Assembly: GCF_001194135.2 (NCBI RefSeq)
Contig: NC_068981.1
Location: forward strand, 57,061,377 to 57,099,225
DNA from: Octopus bimaculoides
Lineage: Eukaryota
Direction: 5' to 3'
Length of the DNA stretch: 37,849 nt
The number at the start of each line of letters is the position of its first letter. Within the stretch, counting starts at the first letter, position 1. Of this stretch, positions 23,455-34,636 are shown piece after piece. Made by a program: the position numbers and the translations under genes. The notes under the pieces are model-generated. The model ran no database searches and had not been told where the DNA came from. It saw only the letters and a list, made by a program, of their open reading frames with translations.

Positions 23455-24745
23455 CTACATGGATCTATTCAATTTGACGGACAGATTTTTTAATTAATTT
23501 TTTTTAACTAAACACTTTGAAACTTCGGAAACTGGTAGAATGTGTCACATAGAACAGGGTTTACTCTTAACGTTTTTGACAAAATTTTGTATTTTAGAAG
23601 TTATTTCGTGTTAAAGTTGTCGTATTTGGGTAATTTTAACCAATCAATGACGTGTGTTCAGCTGAAGAAAATTACTGCTGCTGTTTGCGAACAAAAACTT
23701 CCGGATCCATTGACAAAACAATGAGTCTTCGTCAACAGAAAAATTTTAACTGACACTATGTTGTCATATATGTGATACACAGCGATTTAGAAATTGCCAA
23801 CTTTCTAAATGTTGCGAGATCTTTTGTACAGAAAGCTTAGATGGAATTGGAAGCTTCTGACCAGAATGTGTCAAAGAGAAAAAGACATTCCAAACATTTG
23901 GACTCTATAAGGACACCGCACTTCATCCAATAGCTTCAAAACATTATTGATGATGATCCTGGAAAGTTAATGAGAGCTCTCACTACACAACTTCAGATAT
24001 AGAAGAGGAATATTGGAATTGTGGTGCACCAGGACATTCGATACAAGTTGTATGTACAAAGGTGAGGCCAATTCATGTCTGCAAAGACATAGAAAATCGT
24101 TTGATCTGTGTCAAGCTGTTACTTAACAAGGTTAAAAACCCTCACGGACATGATATGCTTAGGATTTTTTCTAATGAGAAAAACTTCGACTAAGTCCAAA
24201 AGTCTAACAGGAGAAATAACAGATGGGTTTCAGGAGTGATGAGTAACGAATATCATGTCATACCGCCCCACAGTTTTCTACATGTTCTTAGAATTAATGC
24301 TCTGATACGTTTAAATGCTGAAGACAATTATTTAGCTCTGAGTGGATAAAAGTCATACGTATTTCAATAATACTAAGCACCTTCTCACAAAGTCCACGTA
24401 ACATAAGAATGGATGCCAGAACTCCAAACTCGCCAAATTTAAATCTCATGGACTACTACGTTTGGCGCGTTGTTGAAAGGGAGACTAATTGACATCCTCA
24501 CAATACCATAATTTCACTGAAGGCCGCCATTATTCAGCTGATATCCGAAATTTAAAGAAACTGTTTAGTACAGGCATTTCAATGATTCCGGTCCCGCACT
24601 GACGCAGTCATCAAAGCAGGTGTGTTCTATAGAATCATGTTATAAAAATAAATACCGAGAACGCATGCTCAAATTTGTATTAATGTACATTTGGTTTTTG
24701 CTAGATTAGAGCTGTGTTTTAGAATTATCAAATATGTCCTCAAAT
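23455..24745 (+). mobile_element. Tc1/mariner maT (DD37D-type) transposon, near full length, inactivated
   Basis: With stops and frameshifts it reads VSKRKRHS..IRTPHFIQ*LQNIIDDDPGKLMRAL..VVHQDIRYKLYV..GQFMSAKT, then IFSNEKNFD, then PNSPNLNLMDYYVWRVVERETN*HPHNTIISLKAAI. Matching TIRs could not be confirmed. Confidence 0.87.
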
Positions 24746-24799
24746 ACCCCTCGCACCCGGTACGTATGCATTCAAAGTCTACGCTTCACCACTCCCTGT

Positions 24800-25670
24800 T
24801 TTTGCCACAGGTGAAGTGTACCCTCTCTGACAGCCTGCTTGTGATCTTCTCATACGTCTAAAGTTGACACATAATGCAACTGATGGAATTCTTATCTACA
24901 CCAAAAATGCCTCAGAAGAATACTGAAGGGAAAATAGGAAGATTTGCTATCAGATACGGAAATACTTCAGAGGGCTGGCTGAGTGTCTACTGAGTCACAC
25001 ATAATACAAAATCAAATGTGACAAGCAGAGAAACTTGTAGGTATGTCAAGTGTGAGACCACCTGAGCAATTATTTTGTGGGGAGTTACAATTTGGAAAAC
25101 TAGCCCAAGAAACGTTACAAGGAATGTATTTACAACTTAGTGAAATTGAAAATAACTGTTTAATTCTGGGAAAAGAAAGCGACTGAGAGAAATGGGAGGA
25201 GGTTTCTGGTGAGAGAAGATATTGCTAGTTTTGAGATAAGTAAAAGGCACCATGTACGGTTTTATACGTACCTTGCGAAAGAAAGGTATCATAGATGCAC
25301 CACATGGGATTAAGAGTTGCAAATGCAATTTTTGTGGCAGACATCTGTCAAAAGCTGGTTACATAGATCACACAGTAGTTAGCGCAATCAAGACGCACCT
25401 AACAATGATTTATCACTTTTTTGCGGTAGCAATACCTGCGTATTTGTGAGAAAAATCTGTCAGAGTAGCCCTGGTTTGAAAAGGCAGATGAAAGTGCGTA
25501 AGATTACCATACAACAAGCTACATAAACCCTGTCACATATGTTTGAAGTCCAGCAGGTCAACCGCTGATCTTAAGAGTCATCTCAGAGCACACAGACATA
25601 AAGGGGATTATGGGGATGACGTAGATTAATTGAAGCAGCTATCATCTGTAAGGATGAAGCGAGCATTGCG
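24800..25670 (+). mobile_element. RTE-clade LINE 3' fragment with three C2H2-like fingers
   Basis: KCLRRILKGK*EDLLSDTEILQRAG*VSTESHIIQNQM...RPPEQLFCGELQFGK is a textbook RTE C-terminal region. It is followed by CNFCGRHLSKAGYIDH, a (C)..ICQSSPGLKRQMK remnant and PCHICLKSSRSTADLKSHLRAH. Confidence 0.85.
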
Positions 25671-25990
25671 CATATACATATGTTTATATACATGCAGATC
25701 TCTATATATATATATAGATATATAAATATGTGCACAGGTATATTTACATATATGAAACATGTTACACACGAATACATATGCAAACATATTTATATATGCA
25801 TACACAAACACACACATATACATACATACGTATATATAAAGCATATGTATATATATATATATATATATGCAAATATACATGAATATAAGAATATGCATAC
25901 ACACACGTATGAATATGAATACATATCATAAATATGCATAAACATATACGTTTATATATACACATGCATACATACATACACACACATATT
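25670..25990. repeat. TA/CA low-complexity tract
   Basis: Directly visible. Confidence 0.9.
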
Positions 25991-26207
25991 TATATTGATG
26001 TTTTAATTTGTTCGGTTATTGGTCTGCAGCCTTGTTGCATACCAACTTGAAGGTTTTACTCAAACAATTCAACCCCAGTGATTTTTTAAGCCTAGCACCT
26101 ATTTTATCAGCTTTTTTTTTTTTTTTGCAGAAACACAATATTACGACTAAAAACGAAAACGAACGCACATTGTCAAGATGTATGGGGACGGGCACACACA
26201 TTCACAG

Positions 26208-26555
26208 GTGCAGGCGTAGCTGTGTGGTAAGATGTTTGCTTCCCAATCACATGATTTTAAGTTCACTCCCAATGCATGGTACCTTGGGAAAATATATTTT
26301 ACTAGGGCCTCGGGCTGACCAAGTCTTGAGTGGATTTGGTAGATGGAAACTGAAAGAAGCGCGCTGTATATATGTATGCATTTGTTTATCTCCTAGCACC
26401 GTCAGACAGAGTGTTGGCTTGTTTACACCTCCGTAACTTACCGGTTCGGCAAAAGACCGATAGAATAAGTACCAGACTGAAAAAGAAAATTAGTGCCAAG
26501 GTTGATTTGTTCGACTAAACACTTCAGTCCAATAACAGAAGCAAGTAAAAGATAA
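26208..26555 (+). mobile_element. tRNA-derived SINE (family A)
   Basis: GGTGCAGGCGTAGCTGTGTGGTAAGATGTTTGCTTCCC ... CCGTAACTTACCGGTTCGGCAAAAGACCGATAGAATAAGTAC ... GATTTGTTCGACTAAA. Confidence 0.88.
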
Positions 26556-26581
26556 TACATACATACATATGCACACACACA

Positions 26582-26705
26582 CCACGGGCTTCCACACAGT
26601 TTTCGCCAAATTCACTCACAAGACATCGGTCTGCCTGGGGTTAATATAGAAAACACATGCTCATAGTGCGGCGCGGTGGGACTGAATCTAAAATTATGTG
26701 TTCGC
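26582..26705 (-). mobile_element. SINE family A 5' fragment, inverted relative to the 26208 copy
   Basis: CGGGCTTCCACACAGTTT...CAAATTCACTCACAAG...GTGGGACTGAA is the reverse complement of the SINE 5' half. Confidence 0.7.
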
Positions 26706-27529
26706 GACATGTCTTCGCACGCGCTTGTGTCTGCACCGTAGCTGCTGGTGAATTCTTATATATATCTAGTTGTAGTTATTTCACTTATTTATTACGTTGA
26801 GTTACGTAATGTATATGGGAATATGGAAACTACGTGAATTTCTCGTGAACCACTTCGAAACCTAACAGCCGGATATTTGGTCAAACACCACGAGTGAACC
26901 ACCATAGTTTCACGTGATCGGTCTATAAATCAACTAATCGGCGTGAGGCTGTAACGCAATATGGTTTTCTTGATTGTTTTGGAATAAAACCTCTTGTTCC
27001 CAATAAAAACCGTTTATGGGGCGCTCAATTAATCGCAGAAGGTAACTGACTGAAACGTGCATCCATTCTTACCATGCAAACAGCCAATGGACCTCTGTCG
27101 CCACGGGGATTTACGCTGACGACTTCGTACATTTTTGGACCACGCGAATGTTGTCAATACATAGCTTTCTATAATTTCAAAGCTGTATTTCTCTTTCCCA
27201 ATCAGCAATTATTAACATTGTTCGTCGTAAATATCCAACACCAAATATCTTTATATCCGGCAGTAAATATTTCAGTTAAATGTTCGCGGGTTTGCTTCAG
27301 TTATTCTACACGCAGCTTTCTCCCAAGGAAAATTCAAGCAACGATACATTCTTCGCGATTGAAGCGACAAAGAAGCATCCAGTGACACACTAGCAAAAAA
27401 AATAATGTGGTATCGAACCGTGATAGTGAATAATGTTTTATTATTTATACATATAACGTGTTTTCTATACTCTCTTTTCCTCCGAGTACTCAGTTCCGCT
27501 CATAAGGTATTGATCACCTCAAGGTTATG

Positions 27530-27625
27530 TCAGAAAGCGCTTGACTACCTTGCTGAGCACTGAGATTAAACCTGAAATCCAATGATGATGTAGCATTTTT
27601 CTTAACCACAGCGCCATGCCTACGT
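27530..27625 (-). mobile_element. Degenerate SINE head
   Basis: GCACTGAGATTAAACC...TTCTTAACCACAGCGCCATGCCT resembles the reverse complement of the family A head. Confidence 0.45.
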
Positions 27626-29189
27626 GGGATAAAATATATATATATATATAAATTATGTTTAAATGACAGGATATTATGTTTATAAATAGCAATATGTAAA
27701 GAATAAAAATTATCTCGTCTAAAATAACAGTGAGCATTTATATTCTGAATCATGTAAACAGTGTACGGAGTACGTCCAAAAAATACTCTCTGGGTGGGCT
27801 TCATGCCACTCGATTTTATTTAGTAGCGTCATAGACGCCTGTTTCATTTTACTCACCACATGATATTACAGCATACCAAGAAAAAAAAAAGAAAAAGAAA
27901 AAGAAAATAGACCAGCGATCACAACACAGCGCAGCTATTAGCAACGAAAACAGAGGTTAACACAGTTTGCTAACACATGTAATATTGCATTAGCACATAA
28001 GATAAACTGTAATTTTTATTTCTAGAACATACAATACTTAGAATAAATATATTTCTTAAAATCTTTACTTCATTACCTTTAGGGGTGAACGTCAACGTTA
28101 CACCTAGTACGTCCTGAAATTACCTAGCTCGTTAACCCGCAGAAACTGAAAGTCACATTAACCGCACTTACACCCTCCAACTATTCCAATATCTGATAAA
28201 AGAGAAAAGCAAAACTAGGGTCGCTGGTCTTTGTAGAATTTACGCACAAATCGATTTGGGGTGTAAACAAATGAGGAGTAACCGATGTGTAGAATTTTAT
28301 GTGTGTGTAATATTTTCTATATTTTCAACTGAAAGAATGGCTGGGACATCTTTCATTATACAGGTATGTTTAGTTGTAAATGACCAAGGGCTTAATTACA
28401 TCACCCTACAGTCACCTGTCTCGTGCATTTCATGGATATATATATCTATATTTATACCATATTACTTACAATGGGATAGATATGTAAATGGCTTTGCAAA
28501 ATGCGTTACTTTTTACGGGAAAGCTGAAGTTTATAAAAAGTAATAATATATACGACTGTATAGGAGACAGATTTTGTACGCAATCAGTTACTGCTACACG
28601 TGTAAGTCTATGCAACGCACTAAATAATTTTCTGCGTGTGCTGTTTTTCAATGATGCAACCAATGGATGTTGGCACGTACACACCCCTACCGGCCTCTTC
28701 ATGGAGTTACTTGCCCCTGGCTAAGCAACTGCGCATGTGCATACATGTGTTTACATATAAAGTGAAAGTGTTTCAAGTTCAGCATGTGAGTGGAGAAGAA
28801 AGTATTGAAGAAACAGAGACATAGAGAGAAGGAGGGGAAAAGTGTGGAAGCAGCAGCAGCAGAAAAGAGAGCCAAACTTAAAAACTACTTTCTTCCGCCT
28901 TAATTCAGTCGATTTCCTCTCTATGTAATCCATATGAGATACGCCTTCTATAGAGAGCAATATCCCGCCTCTTGAGTGCCCACTCACTATACCATGGCTA
29001 CTAAAGATGGCATAGAATAAGGAATCCACCTACCACTGCTTCCATCGGGGGACTGGAGATGCAGAGGAAAGAAGGAGTGGAAGAAAGAGTGGTAGTAAAT
29101 GCCCAGCCGGCTTGTGCTGTGAATGGCAGTGGCCAGCGTGACTTGGTTCTCATAGGATAAAAACAACATAAAAAAAAACAAAACATTCG

Positions 29190-29560
29190 ACTGTATTATT
29201 GGTGAATACGGGCATATTCCTTTCTCCCTTTCTCTCTAGCTAAAAATACACTGTTATTCTAACCGAACTAAAACGGCTAGAAACCGTACCCAAATCACGC
29301 GTCTGACTCAGTATGCGAAAGGTCGCCTCCCTAGGGAACATCCCCCAGGGGTGCCGTTAGCTCCAATTGCAATTCAATATTCATCTGGTGACGTAGCCTG
29401 CTTCCTTCTCTCTTTTTCTCCATCTCCTCCTCTCCTCATACTAACACACGCTGGGTTTCTTGTACTAAGCAAGCTCTACGTGTTCTGTTTAGGCTAACAT
29501 CTCTCGTGTTTGCTCGTTTTTATCCCCTCTCCTTCTCTCTCTCTCTCAGAACCGCCGTCA
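29190..29560. promoter_or_regulatory. Candidate promoter/enhancer: AP-1 site, paired COE/EBF palindromes, CRE-like site, CT tract
   Basis: TGACTCA at 29304-29310, TCCCTAGGGA at 29328-29337, CCCCCAGGGG at 29342-29351 overlapping GGGTGC at 29349-29354, and TGACGTA at 29389-29395. The segment is CpG-retaining, TE-free and about 3.1 kb upstream of the ATG. Confidence 0.5.
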
Positions 29561-31199
29561 TCACCACCTTATTATTCACTATTACAGACTGAACAACAAA
29601 ACAACCAGAGCCGAATATCGCGGTCACCAAATAACCAGGAACTCTATAATGCAACACAAAAGCTTTCGACATCATTATTATTACAAAACATTGGTTAGCA
29701 TTTTATCAGCGGCATTAACACAGTGTATGACACCACTACCATCGATAACAACCACCTCCACTACTTCTATCCAATATAATCACCATATATTCACTTATTT
29801 TCTTTACTTCATTGTTTCCTTTCAACATCTTCCGATAGTCTCTCTTTCTCAATTCGGACCACTCTCTATCAACCCCTGTATTATGAATGACGATTATTAT
29901 TCTGTCACTGTAATTTACCGAAGCCTTCTGCGGTTCATATAAAAACTGCAATTAAAATTTCACGCATTTATTAATTACACACGCACCCTCACTTTCTCCC
30001 AAGCTGAAAGTTTTGTTAGCTTTTTTTTAATTTTTTTTTTAATATGTTTGAATTTCGTTAAACTGTAACTTATGGATGAAGAACAGAAATTATGTTGATA
30101 AAGCATTCCGTTTATTTCACACACACATACATGCTCAGGTATTTTTTACCAATTACTCTGCTAGAATCCAAGTGTCGTTTGACACCTGAACGAGTATTTT
30201 TCTAAGTAATCCCTGAGAACCAGTAATTAAAACTGATTTCCATGAAACAAATATGTAGAATTTATAGAAAATCTAAAAAAACTGTAATCGACAAATCTTC
30301 CTTTGAAGGTTTCTCCTAACATTTGTCATTCTGTGCATTCTCCACGTTATTACATTCTACATGCTGCTAACAGAACATTAAAAAACATTTAAACTTAGAA
30401 TTCTCTCGGAAACACTTCAAAAAATTTATTAGAATGATAGCGCCTAGCTATTATCGATCACAATATGTTTTAAGCAAGTATTGTAAGTGAAAAGAAAGAT
30501 CATATTTCATTCCTTTAGCAATAAATTAATACTGGACGAAGAAATGCCAGCCTGGCCTTTATCCATAAACGAAAGTATCCATGTCATTGCAATTACAGCA
30601 GACATCGTACATGAAATTCAGAATCTAATAAATAAATAATTATCAAATGAAAACAAAAAAAACTTCGGTAATAGACAACCTAATTCAAACTTCAAAAAAG
30701 ATACATCCTGCATCTGCAGAAATTAAAAAAAAAACGGAGACTTCTTTATTTCAGGTACTAGCAACATTTTGAATAATTAGGCATTTTGACAACCAGAAAG
30801 GTGTATTCGTTTTAGGCTTCAGGTGACCCTACAGTAAAAACCAAAGCGTAATTTGATAAACAGAGCACTCTGCAACCACCAAAAACACCATAAGATTCTC
30901 TTAATATATAAGCTGCTGTGTGCCACCGACCAGCAGTACCATCACTATTGATCTGTCGGGTTGAAGGGTCCCCCGGCTCCTTACAATGAAACATTACAAA
31001 ACCTGAAAAGATATAAAAAGATGTAAAAGTATATACACACGTACATTTATATATGTAGTAGTTATGCACAACGGTAAAGTATAGACAAACTTACCCAATA
31101 TAGTATCAGTTTGTGTGTATCTTCCTCCATTAACTTCCTGCTGTTAATTGTTCTGGTTGCCTGTTATTGCTATAGAAGACTTAGGAGTATTTACTCTTA

Positions 31200-31390
31200 T
31201 GTACAAGCGTCAAGAAAACAACAACAACAACAGCAGCAACAGACTGGTGGGGGACAGATGTGGTAGTGGCGACTGATATCAGGGTTTACACTCAACACTG
31301 ATTGTAGCAAACAACGGTTCTACCTTCTCTACAGTATAGTGCTTCTTGTGTGCAGTGTGCTAGAAAATCAATCAAGCCGGCGGCACCTAT
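31200..31390 (+). other. Candidate upstream non-coding (5'UTR) exon
   Basis: CAA/CAG-repeat, GC-richer segment ending in GGCACCTAT followed by consensus donor GTAAGT at 31391-31396, on the same strand as the coding exon. The start position is unknown. Confidence 0.45.
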
Positions 31391-32386
31391 GTAAGTACCC
31401 AGTCGATTCTTTTCAGTCGGCCCAAGTAGCTACTCCAGACTTTCCAGCATAACGAGAACTCGAATATTATGTTGATGAGAGAAAGAGAGAGGGAGAAATG
31501 GAGTGTCGTTGATTGTATAGGAGACAAATGGTGGTGAACGAAGGATAAAAACGTGCCGGGATTAAAATATCAAATCAACCCGGCACCCTCAACCCATCTC
31601 GGTTTTCAGCCCTTTTACACGTCCTGTCATCTCTAGATTTCATTTCGTCTTCCTTGACTCTTTCTCTGCTCTTTTTTTTTTTTTTTCATTTTCTATTTTT
31701 ACAGACACTGACATTCAAACACATTGTCATTTATTTTGATTCATTTATGTTTTTGTTTTCTATGAAACTCTTCGTCATATAATAATTTTCCTCACTCACC
31801 TGAACCCCTGATTGTGTTAACTTAAGTGATCTTCATCGTTATATGGTTGTTATAGTTACATATTACAGTGTAATGTTTTTTCGATCAGTCTTTGTCGCTA
31901 TTTGGCCATAAAGTTCCTGATGGTAGTGGTTGTGCTAGGTTACTTAGTACTGTGTTGTCGTTGACGTCCTCCCGCCTGGAGTGATTGCAGCAGGGCTCCG
32001 GGCTTCGTCACAAGAACGAAAGAGATGGAGGGAGGATTTAAAGCAGCTGAGAGCGTGGAATTGAGACATACGTAGCGACCGCAGAACATGAATGTGTTCA
32101 CAGTGACAGAGGTATAAACTCACACACACCCATGTATATGTATATATATATATATATATATAATAATAATATACATACATATATTTAATCTCATGCATGC
32201 AGAGACAGCGTATACGTATATACACTCATGAAGTGAGACCGAGAGGAAGAGTAAGCTTAATGCTACCTAAAGCGTGAGAGAAATTCATAGAGACAGAGTG
32301 AGAGAAACAGCCATTGTGAGAGAGAGGGAGAAAGTCAGGAAGTGGCTAGGAGAGACAGCCTGCTTCTGCCCGTATCCCACCGGCAG

Positions 32387-32445
32387 CGGTGGCAGTGGTG
32401 GTGGTGATCGGCACCACTCCACCTTGCTCCAGCCCAGCTCCAAGT
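32387..32445 (+). other. Probable 5'UTR part of the ATG-containing exon
   Basis: Pyrimidine-rich CTGCTTCTGCCCGTATCCCACCGGCAG ends at 32386 (candidate 3' splice site). There is no upstream ATG between it and 32446. The exon could instead start further upstream as a first exon. Confidence 0.45.
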
Positions 32446-32485
32446 ATGTCGAGAAGAAAGCAGGCGCGACCACGCTCATGCAAAC
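32446..32485 (+). CDS. ZNF423/ZNF521: First coding exon of a multi-C2H2 zinc-finger transcriptional repressor carrying the N-terminal NuRD-interaction motif (MSRRKQARPRSCK + phase-1 intron); best match ZNF423/ZNF521 (Oaz), with FOG/ZFPM, SALL or BCL11 as alternatives
   Basis: ATG TCG AGA AGA AAG CAG GCG CGA CCA CGC TCA TGC AAA C is followed by a perfect donor GTAAGT (32486-32491), with A at -3 of the ATG. The peptide matches the MSRRKQxxP motif. ZNF521 starts MSRRKQAKPRSLK, and as I recall it also has a 40-nt phase-1 first coding exon. No further exon was found in the window, so orthology rests on 13 aa. Confidence 0.85.
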
Positions 32486-32589
32486 GTAAGTTCCCAGTTA
32501 CTATTATCATATCCGTATCATTATTGTTATTCCAAAAAAGACAAATTATTATTAACCTCATCAGTATTATTTTTTTCCCATTATACTCA

Positions 32590-32782
32590 TACAAACACAC
32601 ATACATACACGATCACACACACACACACACATATATATATGTCCATACATACCTATATGTATATATCAACAAAACTATAAATGTTTTGTATATTTATATA
32701 CATCGACGTGTGTATATATAAATAAATATATACATACACGTAGGGTGCGTATACATATGAACTTATATATACACACATATGA

Positions 32783-32817
<35 letters not shown>

Positions 32818-33195
32818 CACACGCACATACACACACACACAAACACAAAGAGTGTGTATGTACATATAGATGCTTTCCAGTGTCTGTATACGTGGAATAT
32901 TGTGTATATGTGTGAAAATGTATATAAAAACTAAACGTACACATTTGTGTTTAGTTTTATATACATACATACAAACACACACGCGCGCACACATACATAC
33001 ATATATACACCACCACCAATACACGCATGCAGGCGTATACTTATATACAAATGTTTGCATGAATGTATATACATGTGTGTGCGCGCACACACATGTATAA
33101 GCACACGGACACACACACATATAAGCACTCTGTGGTTATATGATACCCGTAGATATATGTAATTAAAACCAAAGATCGGTAGTATACATACACAG

Positions 33196-33285
<90 letters not shown>

Positions 33286-33557
33286 GACTGCGCGTGTGTG
33301 TGTGTACAAACGCAGAGACAAGGGACAGAGAGAGAAATAGACTGAATAAGTGAGACTACGTATGTCAATGTATATGATGTTTGTGCGTGTTTTGTACGTC
33401 TGCATGTGAATGAGAGACTGTGAATGTGTGTATGCGAACTACATACGATGTATGCTTGTTCGTGTGTATATGTATATATACACGTGTGTGTGTGTGTAGA
33501 TAAATATGCCTGAGTGTGAATGCGTCCACATACAGGTGTGTATGTATGCATATATAC

Positions 33558-33593
<36 letters not shown>

Positions 33594-33948
33594 TTTATAT
33601 ATATATATATATATATGTATGTATACATATTTATATATCTATATATGAACATTGTACAATCACACATATCTATGCACAAGTCCGCCCATGTACGAATATA
33701 GGTATACGCAGGTGTACGCATGGACATCTAGACATGTGTAATGTATACATATACATACTCATGTATGTGAATATATGTACGTACTGATATGAATATATAT
33801 GTATGTGTGCGCAGTGTGTAATGCATTTAGACGACATAAATATATATCACACAGAAACGTACGAAAACACACGCACACAACACAACCATGCACAGACACA
33901 TATATAGATAGATATGTAAAAATGTATAAATATATACATATGCATACA

Positions 33949-33996
<48 letters not shown>

Positions 33997-34478
33997 CACA
34001 TACGTACATATATATATACTATACTTGTATATATATGTTTTAAGAATCTATACTTTTAAAGATATATATGAATATAATCATAAATATACAGGTGTACATA
34101 TATAAATAGAAATTTTGACATATGAATAACTATATATCTATGTATGTGTGTGCTTCTGGATACAGATATGCACATATGTAATCTACATGTATGCATATAT
34201 GCATGGATATGACTATATATACATATGCACATAATCACTTACACATATATAGCCATATGTAAGCATTCTATACAAATGTAAATATGTATTTGTATATACA
34301 TATAAATACAAAGTGTGTGTGTGCATATATATATATCCATATATTTATGTAAGCATAAATATATATTTAATATGTATATATATCATTATATATCTTTGAA
34401 AATACATATATAGTTTTTACGTAATTTATGTCTGTATGTGTGTGTGTATGTATGTATATGTGTGTTTGTGTGTGTGTC

Positions 34479-34570
<92 letters not shown>

Positions 34571-34604
34571 CACATATATACATATGTACATATGTATACA
34601 TACA

Positions 34605-34636
<32 letters not shown>

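Noticed and set aside
30811-31069. Minus ORF with a strong acceptor (CTTTTCAG) and an 18-nt micro-exon candidate
   Set aside because: No protein similarity is recognisable and there is no supported partner exon; a chance signal is likely.
32389-32721. 110-aa ORF from the ORF track
   Set aside because: Only the 13 codons from the ATG at 32446 are credible. The rest reads through a consensus donor into low-complexity intron, and the track's start is a non-ATG codon.
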